NCBI GenBank assembly: GCA_016214995.1
Contig: JACRML010000009.1
Coordinates: forward strand, 15,155-79,154
Length of the DNA: 64,000 nucleotides
Direction: 5' to 3'
Source of the DNA: Deltaproteobacteria bacterium
GTDB lineage: Bacteria; Desulfobacterota; GWC2-55-46; UBA9637
Both the position numbers and the translations under genes were made by a program. The notes beneath the pieces are model-generated. The model saw nothing but the letters and a program-made list of their open reading frames with translations, had not been told where the DNA came from and searched no databases. Within the stretch, counting starts at the first letter, position 1. Every line of letters starts with the position of its first letter. This document shows positions 37,671-47,575 of the stretch, piece by piece.

Positions 37671-38255
37671 ATGACAGGGAAAAGGATCGTCCTTCTTATC
37701 ATATGCTTTGTGGTTTTGTCGCTGCTATTATTAGTGTATCTGGACTTTGCAAAAGATACTGCTGAATACAAAGAGGATGGCAACAAGGCAGATGCAATAG
37801 TTGTACTTACTGGAGGCCGTGGTAGGCTTGACAATGGTCTTGAGCTTTTTCAAGAAGGAATGGCAGCCTATCTTATAATTGCTGGCGTGGATAAAGATGC
37901 AAGTTTTGAATCCATATTTTTTAAAAGGGCTGGGCATCCATCTAAAAGGCAGATTTGGTTAGACACAAAAAGAGTTATCTTAGAAAAAAATTCTACAAGC
38001 ACATACGAGAATGCCGAAGAGATAAAAAAGATTATTGAAATCATGAATATAAAATCAATAATCCTTATAACCTCGTTTTATCACATGAAAAGGGCATCCT
38101 ATATTTTCCGCCGTATATTGCCTGCAGAGGTAGATATACATCTTTATCCTATTTCAACCCCGAATTTTGATGAAAGGAGATGGTGGAGGGGTAGAGGACC
38201 CATTCTGTTAGCTGTAGAGTTTTTAAAGTTCTATTGGTATAGATTCTGGATATAA
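37671..38255 (+). CDS. DUF218 (YdcF/SanA/ElyC-like) membrane-anchored protein
   Basis: N-terminal TM; AIVVLTGGRGRLDNGLELFQEG...YLIIAG motif of DUF218. Confidence 0.7.
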   Translation: MTGKRIVLLIICFVVLSLLLLVYLDFAKDTAEYKEDGNKADAIVVLTGGRGRLDNGLELFQEGMAAYLIIAGVDKDASFESIFFKRAGHPSKRQIWLDTKRVILEKNSTSTYENAEEIKKIIEIMNIKSIILITSFYHMKRASYIFRRILPAEVDIHLYPISTPNFDERRWWRGRGPILLAVEFLKFYWYRFWI

Positions 38256-38261
38256 AAGAAC

Positions 38262-38335
38262 AGTCATTAGTCAAGAGTCAGAAGCAGTAGGTTTTTAGCT
38301 TCTGACTTTTGACTTTTTATGACTTCTGACTGTTA
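38262..38335. repeat. inverted heptamer-repeat hairpin (agtcaag/agtcaga ... cttctgac/tttgact)
   Basis: agtcaagagtcagaagcagtaggtttttagcttctgacttttgactt. Confidence 0.8.
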
Positions 38336-38614
38336 TTCCGGCAGTTTATACCCTTTGCCTGCAAACTGGATATTTGCAGGGTCTTCACATCGTGGCGGAG
38401 ATACAGCATGTACACCGCCGCATTTCGGACATTTAGCCACAAAGGTTTTCATAACAAACTTTTCGCCACAGCCCTGGCATTTAGCATCTAATCCCCCACC
38501 TGGGATAGGGGCATTTCTTACACCGCCTCCATGTGCGTTATAGACAAACTCAACCAATTCCAAGCCTTCTGAAAAAGGTCCTGCACCAGTAGAGCAGCTT
38601 CCGCAATCACCCAT
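38333..38614 (-). CDS. Cys-rich zinc-ribbon protein (FmdB-like, tentative)
   Basis: CQGCGEKF...CPKCGG paired CxxC motifs; Gly-rich segment. Confidence 0.4.
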   Translation of the reverse strand: MGDCGSCSTGAGPFSEGLELVEFVYNAHGGGVRNAPIPGGGLDAKCQGCGEKFVMKTFVAKCPKCGGVHAVSPPRCEDPANIQFAGKGYKLPE

Positions 38615-38797
38615 TTGAAACCTCCTGTTATTTTATTCTCTTTTCCACGCATTTCGGTGGAATGGTGGATATTTTAACGTATCTCTTTCTAAAAATCAAA
38701 ACATTTTAAGCGGGGGGTATGCTGTAAAAGGGCAGGTTGCTATATGTTTATACTTATGGTATGTTAAATATATTCATAACTCTGGAGGTCAGGACTC

Positions 38798-39274
38798 ATG
38801 AGCAAGAAAGCAATGACAGATATAGATAAGGCTATATGCACAGCGATTCAGGATGACATACCATTGGAACCTAGCCCGTTTGAAATCCTTGCTAAAAAGG
38901 TTGGCATATCCGAGGATGAGTTTATAAAAAAGGCCAATGAATTTCTTGATAAGGGATATATCAGAAGATTTGGCGCCGCAATCCGCCACAGAAAAGCAGG
39001 AATAACCGCTAATGGCATGGGTGTATGGATTGTGCCGGATGCTGACAGAGAAAGGGCCGGTAAAATCATGGCGACTTTTAAAGAGGTGAGCCACTGTTAC
39101 GAAAGACCGATTTTTGAGGGCTGGCCATATAATCTTTTTACCATGATACACGGCAGGACAAAAGAAGACTGTTATGAAGTAGCCAAAAAGATTTCAGAGG
39201 CAACAGGGATAAAAGAGTATAAACTTCTTTTTAGCTCGCAGGAGTTTAAGAAAGAAAGCATGGTATATTTTTGA
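38798..39274 (+). CDS. Lrp/AsnC-type protein, siroheme decarboxylase (AhbA/AhbB, NirDL)-like
   Basis: N-terminal HTH_AsnC-like (DIDKAICTAIQDDIPLEPSPFEILAKKVGISE) plus a C-terminal AsnC-type domain of the same size as AhbA/B. Confidence 0.5.
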   Translation: MSKKAMTDIDKAICTAIQDDIPLEPSPFEILAKKVGISEDEFIKKANEFLDKGYIRRFGAAIRHRKAGITANGMGVWIVPDADRERAGKIMATFKEVSHCYERPIFEGWPYNLFTMIHGRTKEDCYEVAKKISEATGIKEYKLLFSSQEFKKESMVYF

Positions 39275-39284
39275 AAAACAGGTT

Positions 39285-39360
39285 GAGACTGAGATTAAGG
39301 TTGAGAAAAACTGGTTTTAACCTTGACCTTAACCTTAGCCTTGACCTTAACCTTTACTCA
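39285..39360. repeat. inverted tandem hexamer/heptamer hairpin (aaggttgag)n ... (aaccttRR)n
   Basis: ggttgagactgagattaaggttgag...aaccttgaccttaaccttagccttgaccttaacctt. Confidence 0.8.
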
Positions 39361-40256
39361 TGGAAGAATCAGACAGACTGCTTGATGAGTTCCTCAACCA
39401 CTTAACCGTTGAAAAAGGCCTTTCAAAAAACACTATTGAGGCATACAGCCGAGATATTATTAAATACATATCGTTTCTGGAATCTGGCAACATATCGCCG
39501 TTTAAGGCAAATCCTTCCCATATAGTTTCTTTCCTCTCTAAGCTCAAACAAAATAATATTTCAACAAGATCTTATGCCAGAAATCTGGTTGCCGTCAGGA
39601 TGTTCTATAAATTTCTCATGCGGAACAATCAAATATTAACCATGCCCACCGCCGGGGTGGATATGCCAAAACTTGCCTCAAGACTTCCGGAGGTGTTAAG
39701 TATTGAAGAAGTTGGCAGGCTGTTGGAAATGCCAAAAACGGAAGATTGTCTGGGTTTGAGAGACAAGGCAATGCTTGAAACCCTTTATGCAACTGGAGTG
39801 AGGGTTACTGAACTGATTTCTATAAAACTAAACGACTTAAACCTTCAGACAGGATACATTGTTACGTATGGCAAAGCTTCTAAAGAAAGGATTGTGCCTC
39901 TTGGCGAAACCGCAATGGCATATATAAGAAAATATATTGACTCATCAAGGTCAATGCTTTTAAAAAATAGAATGAGCGAATATCTTTTTGTAACCTCAAG
40001 GAGCAAAAGGCTTACAAGGCAGGCATTCTGGGCGCTTATAAAAAGATATGCCTTGCTTGCAGGGATTTCAAAAAACAAGGTAAAGCCCCACGCGCTGCGC
40101 CACTCTTTTGCAACGCACCTATTGGAAAGAGGAGCGGATTTACGGTCTATCCAGACAATGCTCGGTCATTCAGATATTTCCACTACACAGATATATACCC
40201 ATGTAAAGACAGAACAACTCAAATCAATTCATAAGAAAAGTCATCCGAGAGGGTAA
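39360..40256 (+). CDS. xerD: tyrosine site-specific recombinase XerC/XerD
   Basis: HALRHSFATHLLERGADLRSIQTMLGHSDISTTQIYTHV (R-H-R-Y catalytic region). Confidence 0.8.
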   Translation: MEESDRLLDEFLNHLTVEKGLSKNTIEAYSRDIIKYISFLESGNISPFKANPSHIVSFLSKLKQNNISTRSYARNLVAVRMFYKFLMRNNQILTMPTAGVDMPKLASRLPEVLSIEEVGRLLEMPKTEDCLGLRDKAMLETLYATGVRVTELISIKLNDLNLQTGYIVTYGKASKERIVPLGETAMAYIRKYIDSSRSMLLKNRMSEYLFVTSRSKRLTRQAFWALIKRYALLAGISKNKVKPHALRHSFATHLLERGADLRSIQTMLGHSDISTTQIYTHVKTEQLKSIHKKSHPRG

Positions 40257-40331
40257 TGAGCCTTGCTCCATATGCAAATTTTGAATTGAAAAATAGTAAT
40301 ATACTTAAATTCACCATTTACAATATTAATT

Positions 40332-41225
40332 ATGGAACTTAAGTTTCTTGAAATATTCTGCAAGGTTGTTGAGCTAAAGAGTTTTTCAAAAGCCGCCTCA
40401 GAGCTTTTTTTGACTCAGCCTACAATAAGCAATCACATAAAGACACTTGAGTATGCGGCCGGAATACAATTCCTTGACCGCCTCGGCAGGAATGTCCTGC
40501 CAACAAAGGCAGGTGAGATTTTATACAGGTATGCAAAGGAGATTGTAAAGCTTAAAAGCAATGCAATTCAGGAACTCAATGAATTTATGGGAAATGTAAA
40601 GGGCAGCCTGATTATCGGCGGCAGCACAATACCCGGAGAATATATTTTGCCGGAATATATTGCTAAATTCAAAATGGCGCATCCTGATGTTGCAGTAACC
40701 CTGAAACTTGGTGATACTCAGGATATAATTGATATGATAATGGATGGCACTGTAGAAATTGGTGTTATTGGCTCAAAGCCAGTCAATGAAAGAATAGATA
40801 GCAGAGAATTTATAGAAGATGAACTTGTGCTTGTTGCCCCTACTAAACATTTTAAAGGAATAAGAAACCAGGTAGGTATAAGAGATTTAGAAAAATTGCC
40901 TCTTATCATGAGAGAAAAGGGTTCTGGCTCAAGAAAGGCATTGGAACAAACCTTAAAAAAGAACGGCATCAACATAGAAGAGCTAAATATAGCAGCGGAG
41001 GTGGGCTCTACCGAGGCAGTCAAGCAGTCTGTCAGGGCTGGCATTGGTATCTCATTTGTTTCCCGATTTGCCGTAAAAGATGAAATACCGCGCAAAACAT
41101 TGAGAAAAATATCCGTTGTTAATGGTTTTAATATCTCACGGCATTTCTATATAGCTACAGATAAGGCAAGGGCCATATCCCCAATTTGCCAGGCATTCAT
41201 AAACAATCTTTTAAATTTGCACTGA
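40332..41225 (+). CDS. LysR-family transcriptional regulator
   Basis: N-terminal HTH LKFLEIFCKVVELKSFSKAASELFLTQPTISNHIKTLE; LysR substrate-binding domain. Confidence 0.8.
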   Translation: MELKFLEIFCKVVELKSFSKAASELFLTQPTISNHIKTLEYAAGIQFLDRLGRNVLPTKAGEILYRYAKEIVKLKSNAIQELNEFMGNVKGSLIIGGSTIPGEYILPEYIAKFKMAHPDVAVTLKLGDTQDIIDMIMDGTVEIGVIGSKPVNERIDSREFIEDELVLVAPTKHFKGIRNQVGIRDLEKLPLIMREKGSGSRKALEQTLKKNGINIEELNIAAEVGSTEAVKQSVRAGIGISFVSRFAVKDEIPRKTLRKISVVNGFNISRHFYIATDKARAISPICQAFINNLLNLH

Positions 41226-41345
41226 AAAATACCCAGCTACTCTACTAACCTCCGATCAATAGAAAACCCATTTTATATTCAAAAAATCAATTTGACATAT
41301 TTGCTATTTCTATATTAATTTAAATGATATGATAAGTAACATAAA

Positions 41346-41425
41346 TTTGTAGTCTGCCGATTTATCGGCGATTTTAAAATACGCCCACGGGGTACCCAAC
41401 CGAAGGTTGGGTCGGGCAAACTACA
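41346..41425 (+). ncRNA. structured element with outer 10-bp stem and two internal hairpins, upstream of the transglutaminase-like gene; shares words in reverse orientation with the 300-bp repeat family
   Basis: gtagtctgcc...ggcaaactac outer stem; gccgatttatcggc and cccaaccgaaggttggg hairpins; ttgggtcgggcaaa is the reverse complement of tttgcccgacccaa in the repeat core. Confidence 0.3.
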
Positions 41426-41466
41426 TCTACTTATTTTTATAGTCCACTATAACATGGGAGGTAGTT

Positions 41467-42513
41467 ATGCTTAAAAAGATTATTCTTGCATTAACGATAA
41501 TGCCCTTTATTTTGGGCATTGCATATGCAAAGGAAAGGCAGGGGGAGGTTATATTTGAAATAAATATTGATGCACCTGAAGACTCTCAGGATGTGAGACT
41601 ATGGCTGCCGTATCCTATATCGGATAATGAACAAACCATAGAGGATGTAAAGATTGACGGCAATTTTTCCAAAAGCGGCATATATGGTCAGAAGCAGGAG
41701 GGCGATATGGCCCTTTATGCAGAATGGACTCAATCTGTAAAAGAGAGGACTCTCAAATTATCTTTCAAGGCATCAGCCGTAGAAAGGGTTAAAAAGGATT
41801 TTCCTGCAAAAGTTCCTTCACAGGAATCCGGCATGCCTGTTGAGATTAAAGAATATGTCAAAGGCTCCCAGTTCATACCAACAGATGGTAAAATTAAAGA
41901 AATAGCAATGAAAATTACCAAAGGGAGGAAAACCATAAAGGCCAGGGCAGAGGCTATCTATGATTGGGTTATTGAGAATACCTTCAGAGACCCCGATATC
42001 AAGGGGTGTGGCACAGGAGATGTGGAAAGAATCATTGCGGAAAAGAGCGGTAAATGTGCTGATATAAGCGGCGTATACGTAGCCCTTGCAAGGGCAGCGG
42101 GCGTGCCTGCAAGGGAGGTCTGGGGTTTGAGGCTTGGGAAAAAGCCTGAGGAGGATATGACAGGTGGACACCACTGCTGGGCCGAGTTTTATATGCCGAG
42201 CTACGGCTGGGTTCCTGTTGACCCTGCTGATGTGAGAAAGGCTATGCTTACAGGAAAACTGGAATTAAAGGACGCAAAAACAAAAGAGTATCGGGATTAC
42301 TACATTGGCGCAGTTGACGAATACAGGATTGTTCTGAGCAGAGGGACAAAGGGTTATTACCTGAGCCCTGCACAGAAAGAAGCGCCGCTATCTTATGGCT
42401 TTATGTATCCCTATGCAGAGATTGATGGCAAGGGAGTAGAGTGGCTTGCTGGTCAAAAGGAGTTAAAATATAAAATTACATTTAAAGAGATAGCCTCTGT
42501 GAGTTCTCGGTGA
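41467..42513 (+). CDS. secreted transglutaminase-like cysteine protease domain protein
   Basis: Signal peptide; GKCADISGVYVALARAAGVPAR...GGHHCWAEFY...WVPVDPAD (Cys-His-Asp core). Confidence 0.75.
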   Translation: MLKKIILALTIMPFILGIAYAKERQGEVIFEINIDAPEDSQDVRLWLPYPISDNEQTIEDVKIDGNFSKSGIYGQKQEGDMALYAEWTQSVKERTLKLSFKASAVERVKKDFPAKVPSQESGMPVEIKEYVKGSQFIPTDGKIKEIAMKITKGRKTIKARAEAIYDWVIENTFRDPDIKGCGTGDVERIIAEKSGKCADISGVYVALARAAGVPAREVWGLRLGKKPEEDMTGGHHCWAEFYMPSYGWVPVDPADVRKAMLTGKLELKDAKTKEYRDYYIGAVDEYRIVLSRGTKGYYLSPAQKEAPLSYGFMYPYAEIDGKGVEWLAGQKELKYKITFKEIASVSSR

Positions 42514-43025
42514 AGTCATCTATAATAAGATCAATTAAATTCTTATTTTTTTATAGTCTTGCTATAGGGCCTCATTATTTCTGTCATTCCATACCCCCGA
42601 TCAAGTCGAGGGCATGCTTGATGCGGAATCCGGTTTTTTTGTTTTCCTGGATCCCTGCTTTCGCAGGAATGACGGCATACGACTAAAGTTGTTTTGATTT
42701 AGATACCATGCGGTTTTGCCCAGGGCAGTTCATTTTCTTCTATATATCTTTTTTACCCGCAGTTGAAAGTAGACAGGGTTGCGGCTAGCATTCTGTTCAA
42801 GCCAAGATATTCCGAACCTAAAAGTGCAGCTATTGCCTATTATAATCTATAAGAGGATGAAAAGTTGTTTTTTCATCCTACCGATTTGTTATATTCCATC
42901 AAAATCAGAAGGTTTTATGCCTTACAGTGTGCTGTAGATGATATTTGAAATTGTGCGAGCTCGTACAAAATCAAAGTCTATTTTTGGGTGACCTTAAATT
43001 CTTGCATATCAAATAATTTTATGTT

Positions 43026-43058
43026 AGTTAGATAGCTCAATCCTATCATAAAATGAGC
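43026..43058. promoter_or_regulatory. 7-bp inverted repeat TAGCTCA-N14-TGAGCTA immediately upstream of the ZIP transporter start (metalloregulator operator candidate)
   Basis: gatagctcaatcctatcataaaatgagcta abutting ATG 43066. Confidence 0.35.
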
Positions 43059-43065
43059 TATAAAA

Positions 43066-43761
43066 ATGATTGAAAATTATGTTTTATACGGATTATTTGC
43101 CGGCTTTGTTACGCTTATAGCAGGTTTGCTTCCGCTTTTTATTGATTTCAAAGGTATTCGCTACATCATTGCTGTTTCTGCAGGGGTCGTTATCGCCACA
43201 GTTTTTTTGGACCTCCTTCCTGAGACAAACCTTAAAAATAATACATGGACACTTGTCCTCGGTTTTCTTTCATTCTATGTAATTGGAAAACTTACAGTGC
43301 TTCATTCATGTGGAGAGATGGAATGCGAGCAGCACAGTATGAATATGGTTTCCATATTTGGAATGGCTCTGGATAATATCATTGATGGTGTTGCTATAAC
43401 AGTTGGATACCTTACCGACCCCCATCTGGGGCTTGTAATAACCGTTGCGGTAATCATCCACGAGATACCGCAGGATATTACATCAACCATTATTATGAAG
43501 GGTCTTGGTTACAGTACCAGGAAGATGCTTTTGCCCATCCTATTTGCGGCAGTCTCTTATCCTGTCGGCGCATACATAGCAGTCTTTATCCCAAAGACAT
43601 TTCACGAACCTGTTATTGCATTTATTGCAGGGGCATTCATTTATATAGGTGTGGGCGACTTATTGCTTGAGGCGCACAAAAAGTTTAATATAAATGTGAT
43701 ACTATCTGTTTTATCCGGTTTTGCGTTAGTATTTATGGTTGAAGCAGTTATGGGACATTGA
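43066..43761 (+). CDS. ZIP-family divalent metal transporter (ZupT-like)
   Basis: Eight TM segments with the HEIPQD signature of ZIP transporters. Confidence 0.75.
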   Translation: MIENYVLYGLFAGFVTLIAGLLPLFIDFKGIRYIIAVSAGVVIATVFLDLLPETNLKNNTWTLVLGFLSFYVIGKLTVLHSCGEMECEQHSMNMVSIFGMALDNIIDGVAITVGYLTDPHLGLVITVAVIIHEIPQDITSTIIMKGLGYSTRKMLLPILFAAVSYPVGAYIAVFIPKTFHEPVIAFIAGAFIYIGVGDLLLEAHKKFNINVILSVLSGFALVFMVEAVMGH

Positions 43762-43849
43762 AAGTTGTAATTCCGCATTGCGTCTATCATCCTGGGATGG
43801 TAAGTATCGCAATGCTGAAGTGTAGGAGTTGGCGTCAACCCTTTAGACA

Positions 43850-44731
43850 ATGAAATTTGAACTTAAGCCATATAACCTTAATGCTACTGATAAGGAATTA
43901 TTATATGATCTTATAAAAATAGCCAAAGAGCTAAAAACAGAAAAGCTTAAAATGAGGGATTATGATAGAAAGGGAAGATTTTCTGGAGGGACTATTGCAA
44001 GAAGATTTGGAAGTTGGAATAATGCTTTAGGAAAAGCAGGATTAGAAATAACTCGGAAATCTAATCTTACAGATGAAGAATTGCTTGAAGACATGAAAAG
44101 AGTTGCCAAAGAAATAGCCCCTCAGAGGTTGACTCAAAGTAGTTATAGTAATAAAGGGAAATTCACTACTCAAACGATTGGTGAACGATTAGGTTGGAAC
44201 AATGCCTTAATCAAAATAGGATTAGAAGTGACTGTTCAGCAAAATATTACAGAGGAAGAATTATATAAAAATCTTGAAGAAACTTGGATTAAACTTGGAA
44301 GGCAGCCCGGCAGAAGAGACATGATAAAACCTTTTTCAAAATATTCCGAAAGACCTTATATTAATAAATTTCGAACATGGCGAAAGGCTTTGGAATCATT
44401 CGTTGAATTCATAAATGCAGAAAAACATATTCAAGAAAATGAAGACAATGAAATTTTAAAAGAGGTTAAAGAAATCGAAACGAAAAATCAACCTTACATT
44501 CATAAAACTAAACGAGACATTAATTTAAGACTTCGTTTTCTCGTAATGAGACGTGATAATTTTAAATGTGTCAATGATGGTCGCTCTCCAGCTACGCATA
44601 TTGGAATTACTCTGCATGTTGATCATATTATACCGTGGTCTAAAAATGGCGAGACAGTTTTAGAAAACTTACAGACACTTTGCTCTGATTGTAATTTAGG
44701 GAAAAGCAACATGGATATGTATGAGAATTAA
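43850..44731 (+). CDS. HNH endonuclease with two tandem N-terminal ~60-aa repeat modules
   Basis: C-terminal HVDHIIPWSKNGETVLENLQTLCSDCNLGK (HNH); N-terminal repeats GGTIARRFGSWNNALGKAGLEITRKSNLTDEEL / TQTIGERLGWNNALIKIGLEVTVQQNITEEEL. Confidence 0.7.
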   Translation: MKFELKPYNLNATDKELLYDLIKIAKELKTEKLKMRDYDRKGRFSGGTIARRFGSWNNALGKAGLEITRKSNLTDEELLEDMKRVAKEIAPQRLTQSSYSNKGKFTTQTIGERLGWNNALIKIGLEVTVQQNITEEELYKNLEETWIKLGRQPGRRDMIKPFSKYSERPYINKFRTWRKALESFVEFINAEKHIQENEDNEILKEVKEIETKNQPYIHKTKRDINLRLRFLVMRRDNFKCVNDGRSPATHIGITLHVDHIIPWSKNGETVLENLQTLCSDCNLGKSNMDMYEN

Positions 44732-44865
44732 TATGACAAGTTGGTAATTAGTAGTTGAGTTGGCCTTTTCAAGCAAACGGTTTGCTGTAAAAATTTCCCT
44801 TAATAAAAAAATCCCCCTTAATAAAGGGGCATAAAGGGGGTTGTAACAGGCCATGCAGCAAAGTA

Positions 44866-45330
44866 ATGGCAACCCCCTGGCCCCCTTCTCTAAGGGGGAA
44901 TAAACTACAGGATGGCCAGGGGGTTGTTGTGAAAATCCGCTATAACCCTAAATTGAAATCCTTTTCAAGGCAGCTCAGAAACAACAGCACATTATCTGAA
45001 GCGCTGCTGTGGAATCAGTTAAAAGCCCGAAAGATAAAGGGCTATCAATTCATGAGGCAGAAACCGATAGATGAGTATATTGTTGATTTTTATTGCAGCA
45101 AACTAAAACTTGTAATAGAAATAGATGGTGAGAGCCATAGTGAAAAAGCAGATGCTGACTTGAAAAGGCAGAAACGGCTTGAGGCAACAGGTTTGAGTGT
45201 TTTGAGATTTTTTGATCGAGATGTTAAGAAGAATATAGAAGGTGTGGTAAGTGTCATTGGGAAATGGATTGAGGACAACTCGTTAAAAGGGGAATACCCC
45301 CCCCCTACCCCCTTTATTAAGGGGGAATAA
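44866..45330 (+). CDS. DUF559 endonuclease-domain protein (Vsr/restriction-endonuclease-like fold); possible GTG start at 44929
   Basis: LSEALLWNQLKARKIKGYQFMRQKPIDEYIVDFYC...VIEIDGESHS....D..R...L...G..VLRF matches the DUF559 pattern. Flanked by inverted repeats at 44812-44830 and 45306-45324. Confidence 0.7.
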   Translation: MATPWPPSLRGNKLQDGQGVVVKIRYNPKLKSFSRQLRNNSTLSEALLWNQLKARKIKGYQFMRQKPIDEYIVDFYCSKLKLVIEIDGESHSEKADADLKRQKRLEATGLSVLRFFDRDVKKNIEGVVSVIGKWIEDNSLKGEYPPPTPFIKGE

Positions 45331-45390
45331 AGGCCAAAATATCGGAAACGCAAAAAAAGGTGTATTGCCACGCAGAGAAAGGACTATAGG

Positions 45391-46713
45391 ATGATTGAAA
45401 GATATTCCAGAAAAGAGATGGCAAAAATATGGGAGCCGGAGAACAGATTTAAAAAATGGCTCGATGTGGAGATTGCAGCATGTGAGGCATGGGCAAAACT
45501 AGGTGAGATTCCAAAGAAGGCTCTCAATAACATCAAGACGAGGGCTGATTTTAACATCCAAAGAATAGACGAGATTGAAAAAACGGTAAAGCACGATGTT
45601 ATCTCGTTTCTGACCTCTGTTGCGGAATTTGTCGGGCCTGATTCAAGATATATCCACCGGGGGCTTACCTCATCCGATATCCTTGACACATCCCTTGCCC
45701 TTCTTTTGAGAGAGGCTGCGGATTTGATTATTGCAGATATAAAGAAATTGATGGAGGCAATAAAAAAGCGGGCGTTTGAACATAAACATACGGTGATGAT
45801 AGGTCGTTCTCACGGAATCCATGCGGAGCCTATAACCTTCGGGCTCAAGATGGCGCTCTGGTATGGGGAGATGAAGAGAAATCTTGTAAGGATGCAGAGG
45901 GCGAAAGAGATTGTTTCCTATGGTAAACTTTCCGGTGCAGTAGGTACATTTGCAAATATTCCGCCGTTTGTTGAGGAGTATGCGTGTAAAAAACTTGGAC
46001 TCAAGCCCGCGCCTATTTCAACTCAAATTATCCAGCGTGACAGGCACGCAGAATATTTTACAACACTGGCCATCATTGCGTCGTCTATTGAAAAATTTGC
46101 TGTAGAGATAAGACATCTCCAGAGAACAGAGGTTCTGGAGACTGAAGAACCGTTTACTGTGGGGCAGAAAGGCTCGTCAGCCATGCCGCACAAGAGAAAC
46201 CCTGTTTTGTCTGAAAACCTGACAGGCCTTGCAAGGCTTGTAAGAGGCTATGCAAGCGCGGCAATGGAGAATATTCCGCTCTGGCATGAGAGGGATATAA
46301 GCCATTCATCAGTTGAAAGGGTGATTGCACCTGACGCAACAATCCTTGTTGACTTTATGCTGTCAAGGGCAACAGGGCTTATCAAAGATTTGGTTGTCTA
46401 TCCTGAAAATATGAAAGAGAACCTGAATAAACTTAAAGGCCTCCTCTTTTCCCAAACAGTCCTCATCGCCCTTACGGAAAAGGGCGTGAGCAGGGAAGAT
46501 GCGTATCAACTGGTTCAGAGAAATGCCATGAAGGTATGGGGAGAAATACAGGGGGCAAGGAGGAGTCAAGGGGTCAAGGGATTGAAAGATGCTTTGCTCA
46601 AAGACAGGGATGTTACAGCGCGGCTTTCAAAAAAAGAGATTGATGCATGTTTTGATATTTCAAGGCATGTGAAGAATGTTGATTATATATTTAAGAGGGT
46701 GTTTAAGGATTAG
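45391..46713 (+). CDS. purB: adenylosuccinate lyase
   Basis: MIERYSRKEM..IW....R...WL.VE.A N-terminus; SSAMPHKRNP lyase signature. Confidence 0.9.
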   Translation: MIERYSRKEMAKIWEPENRFKKWLDVEIAACEAWAKLGEIPKKALNNIKTRADFNIQRIDEIEKTVKHDVISFLTSVAEFVGPDSRYIHRGLTSSDILDTSLALLLREAADLIIADIKKLMEAIKKRAFEHKHTVMIGRSHGIHAEPITFGLKMALWYGEMKRNLVRMQRAKEIVSYGKLSGAVGTFANIPPFVEEYACKKLGLKPAPISTQIIQRDRHAEYFTTLAIIASSIEKFAVEIRHLQRTEVLETEEPFTVGQKGSSAMPHKRNPVLSENLTGLARLVRGYASAAMENIPLWHERDISHSSVERVIAPDATILVDFMLSRATGLIKDLVVYPENMKENLNKLKGLLFSQTVLIALTEKGVSREDAYQLVQRNAMKVWGEIQGARRSQGVKGLKDALLKDRDVTARLSKKEIDACFDISRHVKNVDYIFKRVFKD

Positions 46714-46721
46714 TAAAAAAA

Positions 46722-46792
46722 AGTCAAAAGTGATAAGTCAGAAGTCAGAAGAAAACCAAGAACTCCTTTTGACTCTTGACTCCTGACTTGTA
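46722..46792. repeat. inverted heptamer-repeat hairpin between purB and purC
   Basis: gtcaaaagtgataagtcagaagtcagaag...cttttgactcttgactcctgacttg. Confidence 0.8.
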
Positions 46793-46808
46793 TCTATGGA
46801 GGTTTTAA

Positions 46809-47513
46809 ATGAAGCGGCTTGAAAAACTTTACGAGGGCAAGGCAAAGGTTCTTTATGCTACAGATAATCCTGATTTGTTGATACAATATTTCAAGGATGA
46901 GGCTACTGCCTTTGACGGTAAAAAGAAAGGGATTATTCAGGAAAAGGGGATATTGAACAATAAAATATCCTCCAGGATTTTTCAATATCTTGAAGATAAG
47001 GGCATCCCGACTCATTTTGTAGAGAGGCCGTCTGATAGAGAAATGCTTGTGAAAAGGCTGGAGATTATCCCCATAGAGGTTGTTGTAAGAAACATAGCCG
47101 CAGGAAGTCTTGCCAAGAGGATGGGCGTTGAAGAGGGGACGCCGCTCAAAAAGACGATTCTGGAATTTTATTACAAAAGCGATCCGCTCGGCGACCCCAT
47201 GATAAACGATTTTCATATCGAGGCATTCGGTCTGGCGCAGAAATTTGAGGTGGATGTATTAAAGGAAATGGGGCTGGAGATAAACGGCTATCTCTCAAAG
47301 TTTTTTGATGAGCGGGGTATAACCCTCGTGGATTTTAAACTTGAATTCGGACGGCACAAAGGGCAGATACTGCTCGGCGATGAAATAACTCCGGACGGAT
47401 GCAGGCTATGGGATAAACAGACCAAAGAGAAGATGGACAAGGACAGATTCAGGCGCGATCTGGGCAAGATAGAGGAGGCGTATCAGGAAGTGTGCCAAAA
47501 GGTGCTGGGATAA
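46809..47513 (+). CDS. purC: phosphoribosylaminoimidazole-succinocarboxamide synthase
   Basis: LYEGKAKVLY, GKKKG, RLEIIPIEVVVRN, LVDFKLEFG SAICAR synthetase motifs. Confidence 0.9.
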   Translation: MKRLEKLYEGKAKVLYATDNPDLLIQYFKDEATAFDGKKKGIIQEKGILNNKISSRIFQYLEDKGIPTHFVERPSDREMLVKRLEIIPIEVVVRNIAAGSLAKRMGVEEGTPLKKTILEFYYKSDPLGDPMINDFHIEAFGLAQKFEVDVLKEMGLEINGYLSKFFDERGITLVDFKLEFGRHKGQILLGDEITPDGCRLWDKQTKEKMDKDRFRRDLGKIEEAYQEVCQKVLG

Positions 47514-47575
47514 AGAGTGGCCAGTATGTTGAAAATTGACCAGCAAATTACCAGTTTAAAGGAATGATTAGTTAT

